NCBI GenBank assembly: GCA_907165135.1
Contig: OU015566.1
Coordinates: 1,240,001-1,304,000, forward strand
Length of the DNA: 64,000 bases
DNA from: Oikopleura dioica
Taxonomy: Eukaryota; Animalia; Chordata
Direction of reading: 5' to 3'
In this document: positions 20,764 through 31,297 of the stretch, one piece after another
Layout of the letters: each line of letters starts with the position of its first letter
Numbering within the stretch: the first letter of the stretch is position 1
Translations under genes and position numbers: made by a program
Notes under the pieces: model-generated
Told to the model about the DNA's origin: nothing
Seen by the model: only the letters and a program-made list of their open reading frames with translations
Databases searched by the model: none

Positions 20764-21873
20764 TACAGTTTGTTGCCAAATTTCCGGAGTCCAAATTTCC
20801 GGACACTTTTCAGATTTTAAGGGGTTTTAGTGGGACACTAACAAATTGACGATGACCCAAATTTCCGGACTTTTTTTTCAAATTAAGGTGGTAGAAACAG
20901 CTTTTTTGAAAAAAGCCGATTTTTGAACAGCGCCCAAGCTCAGCCAACCTTAGATTTTTAAATTCTCTCTTCGATTTTAGTTAGATCTATCTTAGATCTA
21001 AGAGCATCTGGTTTTAAAATTATTTTTTGTTTCGCCAGTTTAGCGCTAGAGAGCGAAACATCGACGCATCTCGTCGAAAGTCCCGATTTTTGCCCATTTT
21101 CAAGCACAATTATCTCGAGTCATGTGATGAACCGAGAATTTCAAATTTCATTTTTAGATAGTTCAACCCTTTTTCTAGGAGCATCTATGATGGAAATTGC
21201 CTTTTTATAAAAATTGATAATGCAATCAAAGCGTTTGAAAATCGGAAGTCGAAAATCGCGAATTCGTGAAAATCAAGGAAGAAAAATTCCTTATTTTTTC
21301 CTTATTTTAGAATATATCTACTACAAAAAAAGTCTTTTCCTTAGTTCTTTAGATTTCAAAGCTTGTTTTGCTGTCCAAATCATTTGAAAAAAGTCAAAAA
21401 ATCATAGCATGCATCAACACGCAACGCAGGATTTGATGAATTTCATTAACTAAAGTCGATTTTTTCTCGATTCTGATTGGCGAACGAAAAAAATTATAAT
21501 GAAAAGATTTGTTGTGCATGAGCTAAGCTTTCGGAATCGACAAAGAAAAATTTGTAAATCCTACATTCAAAAAAGCTGTTTCTACCCCCTTAAGAAAAAA
21601 AATTGACGGTAGCTCATATTTTTTCTTCGAAATAAGGTACAAGAGGTTTAATACATCGACTTTCTTGTGTTTATCCTTGAGTTCTCCTATCAAACCCACT
21701 TTGTCGTCGTCTTTTTTGCGCTTAGACGACTTCTACACGGGTAAGTGACCATGTTTCGAAAAATTTTAAGGATGCTTGGTGGGACATTATTTTTTCATAG
21801 GAAGGCCAAATTTCCGGACATTTTTCGGAAATCTGGGGACAAAATTAGTCCGGAAATTTGGAAACATACTGTA
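20764..21873. mobile_element. Tc1/mariner-like non-autonomous element (TA-CAG...CTG-TA)
   Basis: TA-CAGTTTGTTGCCAAATTTCCGGA ... TCCGGAAATTTGGAAACATACTG-TA; subterminal CCAAATTTCCGGAC repeats at both ends. Confidence 0.8.
20883..21593. mobile_element. Kolobok-like TTAA MITE nested in the Tc1-like element
   Basis: TTAA-GGTGGTAGAAACAGCTTTTT ... AAAAAGCTGTTTCTACCCCC-TTAA; family of 1749-2141. Confidence 0.85.
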
Positions 21874-21951
21874 TAATTGTAATCTCTAGAAAATTCATCG
21901 TCAAACGCATCAACGGAAATTAAAAATGGGAGACTGAGCTCGGCCTTGCTA

Positions 21952-22057
21952 TCTAGAGTCTAGATTCTAGAGTCTAGATAGTCTAGAACAAAGTCTAGAT
22001 TCTAGACAAATATCTAGAGTCTAGACTTTGTTAAATCTAGACATTATTTGCTCTAGA
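21952..22057. repeat. TCTAGA-palindrome minisatellite
   Basis: About 11 TCTAGA hexamers in 106 bp (TCTAGAGTCTAGATTCTAGAGTCTAGA...). Confidence 0.75.
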
Positions 22058-22903
22058 TTCCCAAAAATGGAGGTGCTCCAATTATCCAGTCTCGTTGTTT
22101 TGACCAAGCACATCTTTATTATTTTCAAGTAGAATGGGATCAATTTTGTTTTCGAACGCTTGTAGAATTTAATTGAATTTCTAGTTCACCAATGGAAGGC
22201 CTGCGAGTGAGCAAACTCTTCATTTACGATCCCGAAAAGCAGCATCATCAGGGCGTCTCTCCGCAAGGTAGCGATTCGGCCGACCATTATTATCGTTTTT
22301 ATTATTGTACTTCTCTGGTCGCTAAGACTCACTTTGTATTTCTTCTTTTTTTGTTGCCGGCGGATTTTATGACAGGCGCTTTTAGATTTAGACAGAATTT
22401 TTATGAACACATCAATCTTTATTTTTGAAGCTTTTTCTCAATATTTTCGCTATTTTTATCATTTTGATACCCTTATTTATTTTTGCTCGTGCTAATTTTT
22501 ATTTTTGAAGCGACACCCTTATTCTTGTTTCTTTTTATTTATTAATTTTCATAAAATTACTATCATAATTTTCAAAGTTTTGAATAAGGGTGTCACCAAA
22601 GAAAAAAATATTTCTTTTGAAAAAAAAAACGATTTTAGAGACTCATCCCCTTATTTTCCAGACTCTAAATTCTAAAGTTTTCAATAATTTTTAAGAAATT
22701 CCTTTTTCTATTTATTAATTTTTGGTTCGGAGGAAAATGTCAACATTCGTGTTGAGTGAAATAAGTTAATCACTGTCTGACAGATAAATTTTTGCCTCGG
22801 CAGGTCCCATAAAACAGAGAAACGCGCCCTGAACACTTGGCCGCATCCATTATTACCAAATTACAAATAACAACTCACAGAGAAATCCAAAGATCCTTTT
22901 CAA

Positions 22904-25310
22904 CAGTGTTGGAAAAAACCCGCCCGCGAACCCCGCGGGGGCGGCGGGCGGGGGCTGCGGGCGCCCGCGCCCCCCGAACCCGCAAAAAATTTCGGATTTG
23001 GCCCCCGCGCCCGCCCGCGACCGCAAACAATTTCTGATTTGGCCCCCGCGCCCGCCCGCGCCCGTACAAAATTTTTTCAACCGCCCGGGGCCCCCGGGCG
23101 TTGTTATAATTCCCTTCCCTCGCCTTGAATTGAGCTTGACGGCCCAAATTTGGTGCCTTCGGGCCGTCTCAGCCCTGTTCCATGATTTTTGAATTTAAGG
23201 GGCTTGACGGCCCTTCGGGCCGTCTCAGCCCTGTTCCATGATTTTTGAATTTAAGGGGCTTGACGGCCCTTCGGGCCGTCTCAGCCCTGTTCCATGATTT
23301 TTGAATTTAAGGGGCTTGACGGCCCTTCGGGCCGTCTCAGCCCTGTTCCATGATTTTGAATTTAAGGGCTTGACGGCCCTTCGGGCCGTCTCAGCCCTGT
23401 TCCATGATTTTTGAATTTAAGGGGCTTGACGGCCCTTCGGGCCGTCTCAGCCCTGTTCCATGATTTTGAATTTAAGGGCTTGACGGCCCTTCGGGCCGTC
23501 TCAGCCCTGTTCCATGATTTTGAATTTAAGGGGCTTGACGGCCCTTCGGGCCGTCTCAGCCCTGTTCCATGATTTTGAATTTAAGGGGCTTGACGGCCCT
23601 TCGGGCCGTCTCAGCCCTGTTCCATGATTTTGAATTTAAGGGGCTTGACGGCCCTTCGGGCCGTCTCAGCCCTGTTCCATGATTTTGAATTTAAGGGCTT
23701 GACGGCCCTTCGGGCCGTCTCAGCCCTGTTCCATGATTTTGAATTTAAGGGGCTTGACGGCCCTTCGGGCCGTCTCAGCCCTGTTCCATGATTTTGAATT
23801 TAAGGGGCTTGACGGCCCTTCGGGCCGTCTCAGCCCTGTTCCATGATTTTGAATTTAAGGGGCTTGACGGCCCTTCGGGCCGTCTCAGCCCTGTTCCATG
23901 ATTTTGAATTTAAGGGCTTGACGGCCCTTCGGGCCGTCTCAGCCCTGTTCCATGATTTTGAATTTAAGGGGCTTGACGGCCCTTCGGGCCGTCTCAGCCC
24001 TGTTCCATGATTTTGAATTTAAGGGGCTTGACGGCCCTTCGGGCCGTCTCAGCCCTGTTCCATGATTTTGAATTTAAGGGGCTTGACGGCCCTTCGGGCC
24101 GTCTCAGCCCTGTTCCATGATTTTGAATTTAAGGGGCTTGACGGCCCTTCGGGCCGTCTCAGCCCTGTTCCATGATTTTGAATTTAAGGGCTTGACGGCC
24201 CTTCGGGCCGTCTCAGCCCTGTTCCATGATTTTGAATTTAAGGGGCTTGACGGCCCTTCGGGCCGTCTCAGCCCTGTTCCATGATTTTGAATTTAAGGGG
24301 CTTGACGGCCCTTCGGGCCGTCTCAGCCCTGTTCCATGATTTTGAATTTAAGGGCTTGACGGCCCTTCGGGCCGTCTCAGCCCTGTTCCATGATTTTTGA
24401 ATTTAAGGGCTTGACGGCCCTTCGGGCCGTCTCAGCCCTGTTCCATGATTTTGAATTTAAGGGCTTGACGGCCCTTCGGGCCGTCTCAGCCCTGTTCCAT
24501 GATTTTGAATTTAAGGGGCTTGACGGCCCTTCGGGCCGTCTCAGCCCTGTTCCATGATTTTGAATTTAAGGGGCTTGACGGCCCTTCGGGCCGTCTCAGC
24601 CCTGTTCCATGATTTTGAATTTAAGGGCTTGACGGCCCTTCGGGCCGTCTCAGCCCTGTTCCATGATTTTGAATTTAAGGGGCTTGACGGCCCTTCGGGC
24701 CGTCTCAGCCCTGTTCCATGATTTTGAATTTAAGGGGCTTGACGGCCCTTCGGGCCGTCTCAGCCCTGTTCCATGATTTTGAATTTAAGGGGCTTGACGG
24801 CCCTTCGGGCCGTCTCAGCCCTGTTCCATGATTTTGAATTTAAGGGGCTTGACGGCCCTTCGGGCCGTCTCAGCCCTGTTCCATGATTTTTGAATTTAAG
24901 GGGCTTGACAATGGCTGGGAACTCTAAGTTGATCAATCTCAGTTTTGTCCCCAACCCCGCCCACACCCATCGTTTGAAAAATTCAAATTATCTTAGTTTA
25001 TCACTCTATTATGGTTTTTATCAAAAATTATTTTTTTTATTTGCTGATTTCTGAACCCGCGGGGCTTGCGGGCGCGAGGGTTACGGACGCCCTCAACCCC
25101 CCGGGCGCCCGCGGGCGCGAAAATCTGCGGGGCCCCCGCCCGCGCCCGCCCGGCCCCGCACGAAATTTTTGAGTTGGCCCCCGCGCCCGCCCGGACCCGC
25201 AGGAAATTTAGGAATCGGCCCCCGCGCCCGCCCGCAACCGCGGAAAATTTTTAAATCGGCCCCCGCGCCCGCCTGCGCCCGCGGGAAATGTTGCGGGTTT
25301 TCCAACACTG
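22904..25310. mobile_element. 2.4-kb non-autonomous hAT transposon carrying a satellite array
   Basis: TIRs CAGTGTTGGAAAA(A)ACCCGC / GCGGGTTTTCCAACACTG; perfect 8-bp TSD CTTTTCAA (22896-22903, 25311-25318); ~41-bp-spaced subterminal GGCCCCCGCGCCCGCC repeats at both ends; no transposase ORF. Confidence 0.93.
23135..24909. repeat. Tandem array of ~32 copies of a 54-56 bp hairpin unit
   Basis: Unit GGGCTTGACGGCCCTTCGGGCCGTCTCAGCCCTGTTCCATGATTTTGAATTTAAG; copies differ only in G/T homopolymer length; no unique spacers. Confidence 0.97.
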
Positions 25311-25588
25311 CTTTTCAAGGTAATCTTTCCCGGAGATTTTAAGGACGATCCTCTATTCAATTTTTTCTTGGACGCCTTCGTCAAAATTTAAGAGGCAGAA
25401 GCGAAAATAAATGATTTTCTTGATCAGGGTTTTGATTGGCCGGCAAGCCAAACACAGCAATCTTATTGGTTATCTAAAAACATTTAAATTTTTTGTTTTA
25501 GTCCAATTTAGTCCGATTTTAAGGCCAAAAAAATTCGATTTTTCAACTTTGGAAACGCTTGTTCCATAATATTTTTTTAGGAACAGTT

Positions 25589-28044
25589 ATGGAACGAAAA
25601 CAAGAAATCGCGAAAACTGAGCCAGAAGAAACCCATTTCCCCAAAACAGAGCCGGTTTCAGGAAAATTGTTAGATTTGTTCACTCAAAATTCGAAGCTCG
25701 AGTAAACTTGTAATACCGTGCTAATTCGCGTGACATTTTTCTGTGGTCGATATTAAAAATCAGCGAAATTGAAAATGAGGTTTTCTAACACTTTCAAAAG
25801 ACGAAGAATCACGAATTCAAGAAGATCAGCTGACCCCGATCGAAGCGTCGGAAATTATCCAGTCGCTGATTGAAAATCCTGGCGCAAATTTTGGCGCCAC
25901 AGCGAAAAAGTTTTCTGTAAGGTAGGGTCGGCAAAAATATTTTTCCCTCGAATCGCTCTGAAAGTATCACCATCTGATTCGCGATGGTCAAAAACCTCTC
26001 TCAGCCAAAAATTACTCATATCCGACATCATCGTCGCCAGTGAGGTCGAAATTTTCAAAAATTGGGACTTTTTCAGGGGAAGACACTTCAAAAATTCAAA
26101 TTCACTAGAAAACAGTCTTGTATTCTCAATCTGATATCAAAATATGAAAGAACAGGGTCAAAAATATATATCAGAAAAAGGAGAATATATTTGATCAGAA
26201 TTAACCGTCCATTCCGTAGGTTTATTTTGTCACATGCTCATTATATTTTATTAAAGAGTTGCCTTTGGTTCAAAATATCTCCTTCAAACTTGTCCCATTC
26301 CAAATTCCGATATGTCCAGAAACCACGTTTTCAGGCCCCCAAAGCTGACTTTTAAATGACCATTAAAATAGTTTCCCACATCGGAGAGAAAACGAAGCAT
26401 ACCATGAGAATCAGCTCGTCGAGCTCTTTCTAAAGAGATATAAATCGTCAATGGGACAAGAGGTCAAATTTTTTTGCCGACCCTACTGTAAGGAAAGTTT
26501 TGACCTAGATCTTATCTTTTAGTAGAGCATAATGAGTTAACCTTGACGATAGTCTGTCAGTCAATTTACAATAGATAAGCCTTCTTTCGAGTAGAACTGG
26601 CGCTCAGACACCGGATGATCGGAACTTTTTCTTGCCAAGTTGACCGTCAACGAGATAAAATCGTAATTACGTCACATACTTGAGCTTAAGACTTGGCCCT
26701 TTATTCTAATGAGAAATATTCTTTTGGCTCAAAACTTCATAAAACAGATTTCATAAAACAGTGACTCACTCCATGGTCTACGACATCTACCAAGACTGGT
26801 GCAAACGAGTCAACTCCTCTGCCGGATCTACTGGTAATTTTCGAATCGAAAACATCCAGAAATTAAATTTTTAGTGAGCAACGAAGATAGCACAACAAGT
26901 TGTGATTTTCAACTCGTGGACGAGCACATTTTAAAGATCTTCGACGGCTCTTCTCAAGGTTCAGAATTTTCCCCCTTTCTTCGATTTGGAATTTCATGTT
27001 CTAGAGGAGTTGACAGCTCAATTCATCCGAAATCAAGCGATGAAAATAGCGAGCCATCTTGGTTTGAGCGATTTCAACGCCTCTTCAAACTGGCTTGCTC
27101 GATTTCTAGAGCGGCACAATCGATCCTCGGAATCGTTCCTCAACGAGTTGCGCCGGAAAAGGACTGGTTCTTCTCCTTTCCTCCTTCTTTTTCGGATCGA
27201 AAAGAACCTTGAAACAGAGAAAGCCCTTTGTCCGACTTTCCTTTGGCGAGAAACACATCATCTCGAAATTCATCATCGCGAATCCAAAACTTCCAGTTCG
27301 AGCCTACGCCGAGCACTTTTCGAGTCGATTGCGCACTTTCTTGCTCGTCATCCTTCTGTAACACTTGAAGAAACTGCCAGGTAAATTTTTGAAAACAAAC
27401 AGCGATTAGATTTTGTTCAGATCTTTTCGAAGAAATGGGCAAAAAATGTGAATAGAACGCACATCGCCAGAATCAAGCAAAACTTCAAAACTGCCGAGCA
27501 GATTTTGCACGAAGACATGGTCGCTTCAATCACGGAAGATTATCATGAAAGCTCTTCAAGACCGACAATGGTTCCGCAATTCGTAAAGAAAAGCCAAAAA
27601 CTTTCTTATCAAAAAAATTCCTAGAGCCACGAAAATGATGAGCGAAAATTGGGAGTTCCGCTGACCCACTGCCCAGTAATCAAGAAAAGAAAAAATTCGC
27701 TCTTACAAGCTGATCAACCGTCAACAGTGATCCAGACGATTTCAGACGACTCCGGAGATGAACAACAAAGACCAATCTTCAAATACGGACAGCCATATTC
27801 TCAAATGGTAAGATTTGGAAAAGAAAGTCTTCTTTATTCTTTCTTCTTTCTTTATTCTTGATTTCAGGTACAAACGAGCCCTCCAATCGACCAACAAGCG
27901 GCTCAAATACTTCGCTGTCCACAGTGTTCCATCATTCTCTCCTCTCCTGAAGAATTCTGGGGGCATCTACGCGAAAACCACTATTCAATCCTTTACTCAA
28001 ACGCCTGCCAGCCTCTTCTTTCCCCGGATTCGAAAGGAATTTAA
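25589..28044 (+). CDS. Pogo/Tigger/CENP-B-derived DNA-binding protein (HTH domains plus C-terminal C2H2 finger, no DDE domain seen)
   Basis: LTPIEASEIIQSLIENPGANFGATAKKFS (CENP-B N-terminal HTH); FQLVDEHILKIF...QFIRNQAMKIASHLGLSDFNASSNWLARFLERHN (Tc5-type HTH); a further HTH-like RLSFGEKHIISKFIIANPKL; last exon CPQCSIILSSPEEFWGHLRENH. Middle exon joins unresolved. Confidence 0.7.
25662..25800 (+). other. Non-canonical GA-AG intron with complementary ends
   Basis: TTTCAG|GAAAATTGTTAGA ... TCTAACACTTTCAAAAG|ACGAA; joins V-S-D-E-E in frame from ATG 25589; ~11 bp stem with one mismatch and one bulge. Confidence 0.7.
25923..26485. mobile_element. hAT-type MITE inserted at a 5' splice site
   Basis: TIRs TAGGGTCGGCAAAAA / TTTTTGCCGACCCTA; 8-bp TSD CTGTAAGG (25915-25922, 26486-26493) contains the GTAAGG donor. 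Confidence 0.8.
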
Positions 28045-28237
28045 AACGAAATTCAAGGAAAAAGACAATCAAGAATATAGAAAAAAATCGCTGATAACTA
28101 ACACAGAATTATTTACAATTATGCAAGCAACTGCCTAAATCACTTCACTTTTTTTCTGAATCAACGCTGCTATACCTAAATTTTTAAAATAAAAAAAATT
28201 GTAAAAGTCATTATTTTTGACTACATGCATGAAGATT

Positions 28238-31200
28238 CTATTGTGAGATAAAAAATGGGATAAAAAGAAGCATAAAATTGAACACAGTTCCGATTTGAGA
28301 ACTCGTCGTTGTCTCCATCTGAATTTCAAACCGTCGCTCGGTGCATTTGTAATCGCGGATTTCCCCATCAATCACCACATTTTTACAAAACATGTCTTCG
28401 CCGCAAATGTTCGGGAAGCTATCACAAATCGATCCTTGAACGCAAATGTCTTCGACAAAAAACCAACCAGGCTGGTCACAGTGGCACTCGAAGCTTCCAT
28501 CAGTGTTTTGGCAGCTGTTTCCGAGAGGACAAGGGTTGGAGTTTTCGCATTCGTTGATGTCTTTTACGAGTTTTTCTCTTTTATCTAAATTGGCTCGTTC
28601 CTGCCTTGGAGAAAACTCAGTCCTTGGCAATGTCCACTTTCGGATTTTTTAAATCCAGCTTTACATTCACAGGTATAACTAAAAACATCATCACCCCCCT
28701 TTTTCATTTCTCAAAAAATACCTGGCTGGTCCAGTAAACAAGCACTTTTCCGTCGCAAGATTGCATGGATCATTTTTGCATCGATTAATCGCGGAGCACG
28801 AGAATCCGTCTCCTTCGAAATTCGCGTTGCAAGTGCATTTTAGCGAGCTTGCTCCGTTTTGGCACTTTGCATCAGGGTGGCATTGGTCGGGATTAATAGC
28901 GCAAAAGTCGACAAAGTCGTCGATTTCGAGGGATTCTTCGACGGCTTCGATGATGATTTGCTCCATTTCGGCGAATTGATCCGCGATGCTTTCATGAGTT
29001 TTCATGATAAGATGCATCAAAAACTTATTTAGCCAAAATTCTTGATTTTTTAAAAACTCTGGTTATTGTGTTCCGAAATATTTCTTTTGTAAGCATTTGG
29101 ATTGAATTTCATTTCTTCGTTTGATCTTGTCGGATAAACAGGCATCCAATCTTCGAGGGTGCCGGAAATGCCCTTCGTGAAGTAGTCGTAGGCTCTGATT
29201 GCCGAGGTAGATCCTTAAAACGATGCAAAAAAAAACGGATAAAAACGCTTACCAGCGACGTTGAAATAAAGCTGATCAATAGCAATTTCCGGCCTGTGAA
29301 TAAAATCCACATAAGATTTCCCCAAATCTCTGACGAAGCCGAAAGTAAAGTCATTTGCCAAATCTCGATCGTAAAAAGTATAAAGAGAAGAAGGCTGTGA
29401 CGTCCATTTTTGAAGTGGAGGATGTCGGGAAGACAAGGAATCGTGGTGGTAATCGATGTCGGTGAAAATGTGGACCTGTTTGATTGAATCGGGGTCCCAG
29501 TTGACGGCGGGATCTGTCATGGTGAAGATGATTCCGAGCAGCGGATCTAGAAATGATAATTAGACATTTTTCTGAGAAAAATGTGGAACCTTCTGGAGCA
29601 TCACCGCCGCCATACATATCGTTTATCTTCGAAAAAGCTGAATCGAAAGAGCTTCCAAATGAGTACTTATCAACTTCTTTCAAAGCCAGTCCAGCCTGAT
29701 AAACCTTGTTTGTCGACGATGTCATCTCATTTTGATTAAAAAATCGGTCGGCGAAGAATGTCATACCCATGCGAAACTCAAAATCGGCGTATTTGGGTCG
29801 TTTCTTTGAAGATTATTGAGAAATAGAACTTGATCCTTGAACGCTTTCTTTGCATCGTTTTGATATCCCGTGTAGGAGCCAGTTCCGTCGATGAGCCAGA
29901 CAATGTCGATCTTTTTCTGCTCGCAGCGAAATCCGCCTTCAGTGTTGATACAGTCTCCCGGGTTCGAGCAAGTATTCAAATCAGGATCGACGCATTCGTT
30001 GACGTCCACACAGGCCGAATCTCTGAGTTCGAAACCGTCGGCGCAAATGCAGTTGAATCCGTCGATCGTTTCTTCGCATTTGTTCAACCCATGGCCGCAG
30101 GGAGGTGGGTTTTGGAGGCAGTCGTTTTTCGATGGACACGGGTACTTGAAGTTGATCTTGACAAGATCGGCGGCGGAGAATGGCTTGTGAAGATCAACAG
30201 GAGCGAGTTGACTTGGTCGGGAAGGGTGGTGGATGTTTGGCAAACCATCGCTGTCAAATTTCAGGCTCAATATATATATATATATATTATGGTATGATAT
30301 ATATTATATATCCCTGAGCTACTACTACATATGATCGATGAGACTTTTATTTCATGATTTTATCCTCAAGTAAAATTTCCATTTTAATCGTGATCGAATG
30401 ATCTTATGGTTTCTCTAGTATAAAAAAATTGGATTTTTTTCTGATTGATTAAATTTAAATTCGTTTTGAGCCCTTATCAAGATACGCCGGGTGATGAAGA
30501 ACTGAGTGGAAATCATAATCGACGTAGATTTCCTTTTCATCAAGAGGAAATTTGTAAAACTCCGTCGTTTTCGCAAATTTCTCCGTGACGCCCATGTGAA
30601 GATCTCTGTGATATCGGCTTGATTCGTGGGTGAAGCCCAAAATGTGCATGAAAAGATGAATAACTCCAGTTCCGTTGTTCATTTTTGGACAATCTGGCCT
30701 CATTTGCAGCGTCTGATTCCCTCGTTTTCCCAAAAAAGCAAGGCAAGGAAAATCCGGTTCCAAATTTTCGCCGATTTTGAACGCGTTTGGGAATGATTCC
30801 AACTCGGATTCGGAGATTTCCAAGAATTCAATGCAGGTGTTCTCCTTGAATTCTTGCGCCTGTTTTCTTACTTCTGCGATAGCAGAGTCGCCAAAAAAGA
30901 TGTTTTCATATTCGTCGATGTACGCCGTCTCGTGGAAATTTTCCGAAAAACAAAATGGAACGATGTACTTTTTGTACTTTTCGTCCCAATGGTCATTCCA
31001 AAGAGGGATGTTTAGATGATCTAGAATTTGGCTGGGCAACCTGCTTGAAAATCTGAGTCAGGGTCCAGAAGGAGCCCGCGAAGGACCCTGAGTCAGGTTT
31101 TTAAGCAGGTTTCCGAGCCAAAAATCTGGAGTATCAGCGCAGATGACGTCACTTTTGAGCGCGGGAGGGATGGACCATCCGTTCAGCTCGAGAAATTTAG

Positions 31201-31297
31201 CTTGGCAGGGTTGAAAGAAAATGTCGTCATGGAGGACTGATGAAGGAAATTGAGCTTTGCTGGGCTTGAAAGTGACAACAATAAATAAGGTGGTCAC
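28238..31297 (-). CDS. Astacin-like (predicted inactive) - EGF - cbEGF - VWA - EGF repeats - hydrophobic C-terminus (possible GPI signal)
   Basis: Astacin features CIEF, HLFMHILGFTHESSRYHRD, YDFHSVLHH and FSAADLVKINFKYPC; CVDVNEC and CQDINEC cbEGFs; VWA IVWLIDGTGS, GGGDAPE, VHIFTD; terminal VFNFMLLFIPFFISQ*. Confidence 0.8.
28561..28622 (-). other. Non-canonical GA-AG intron with complementary ends
   Basis: TGCCAAG|GACTGAGTTTTCTC ... GAGAAAAACTCGTAAAAG|ACATC; removal creates the canonical cbEGF start C-Q-D-I-N-E-C; ~12 bp stem with two bulges. Confidence 0.8.
31027..31122. mobile_element. 96-bp hairpin element at an exon junction of the astacin-like gene (candidate introner, copy 2)
   Basis: Arms TTTGGCTGGGCAACCTGCTTGAAAATCTGAGTCAGGGTCC / GGACCCTGAGTCAGGTTTTTAAGCAGGTTTCCGAGCCAAA; homologous to 10960-11068; in-frame stop if unspliced. 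Confidence 0.8.

Noticed and set aside
23135-24909. CRISPR array (palindromic repeats at regular spacing)
   Set aside because: The inter-hairpin segments are identical rather than unique spacers, there are no cas genes, and the context is eukaryotic inside a hAT element.
23135-24909. Tandem hammerhead or other ribozyme
   Set aside because: No CUGAnGA/GAAA catalytic core on either strand of the unit; only one long stem.
22837-25308. Pro/Arg/Ala-rich ORFs at both ends of the hAT element as a transposase
   Set aside because: They are read-through of GC-rich subterminal repeats; no BED, DDE or dimerisation motifs.
25960-26460. Extra exons of the CENP-B-like gene
   Set aside because: They lie inside the hAT MITE bounded by TIRs and an 8-bp TSD.
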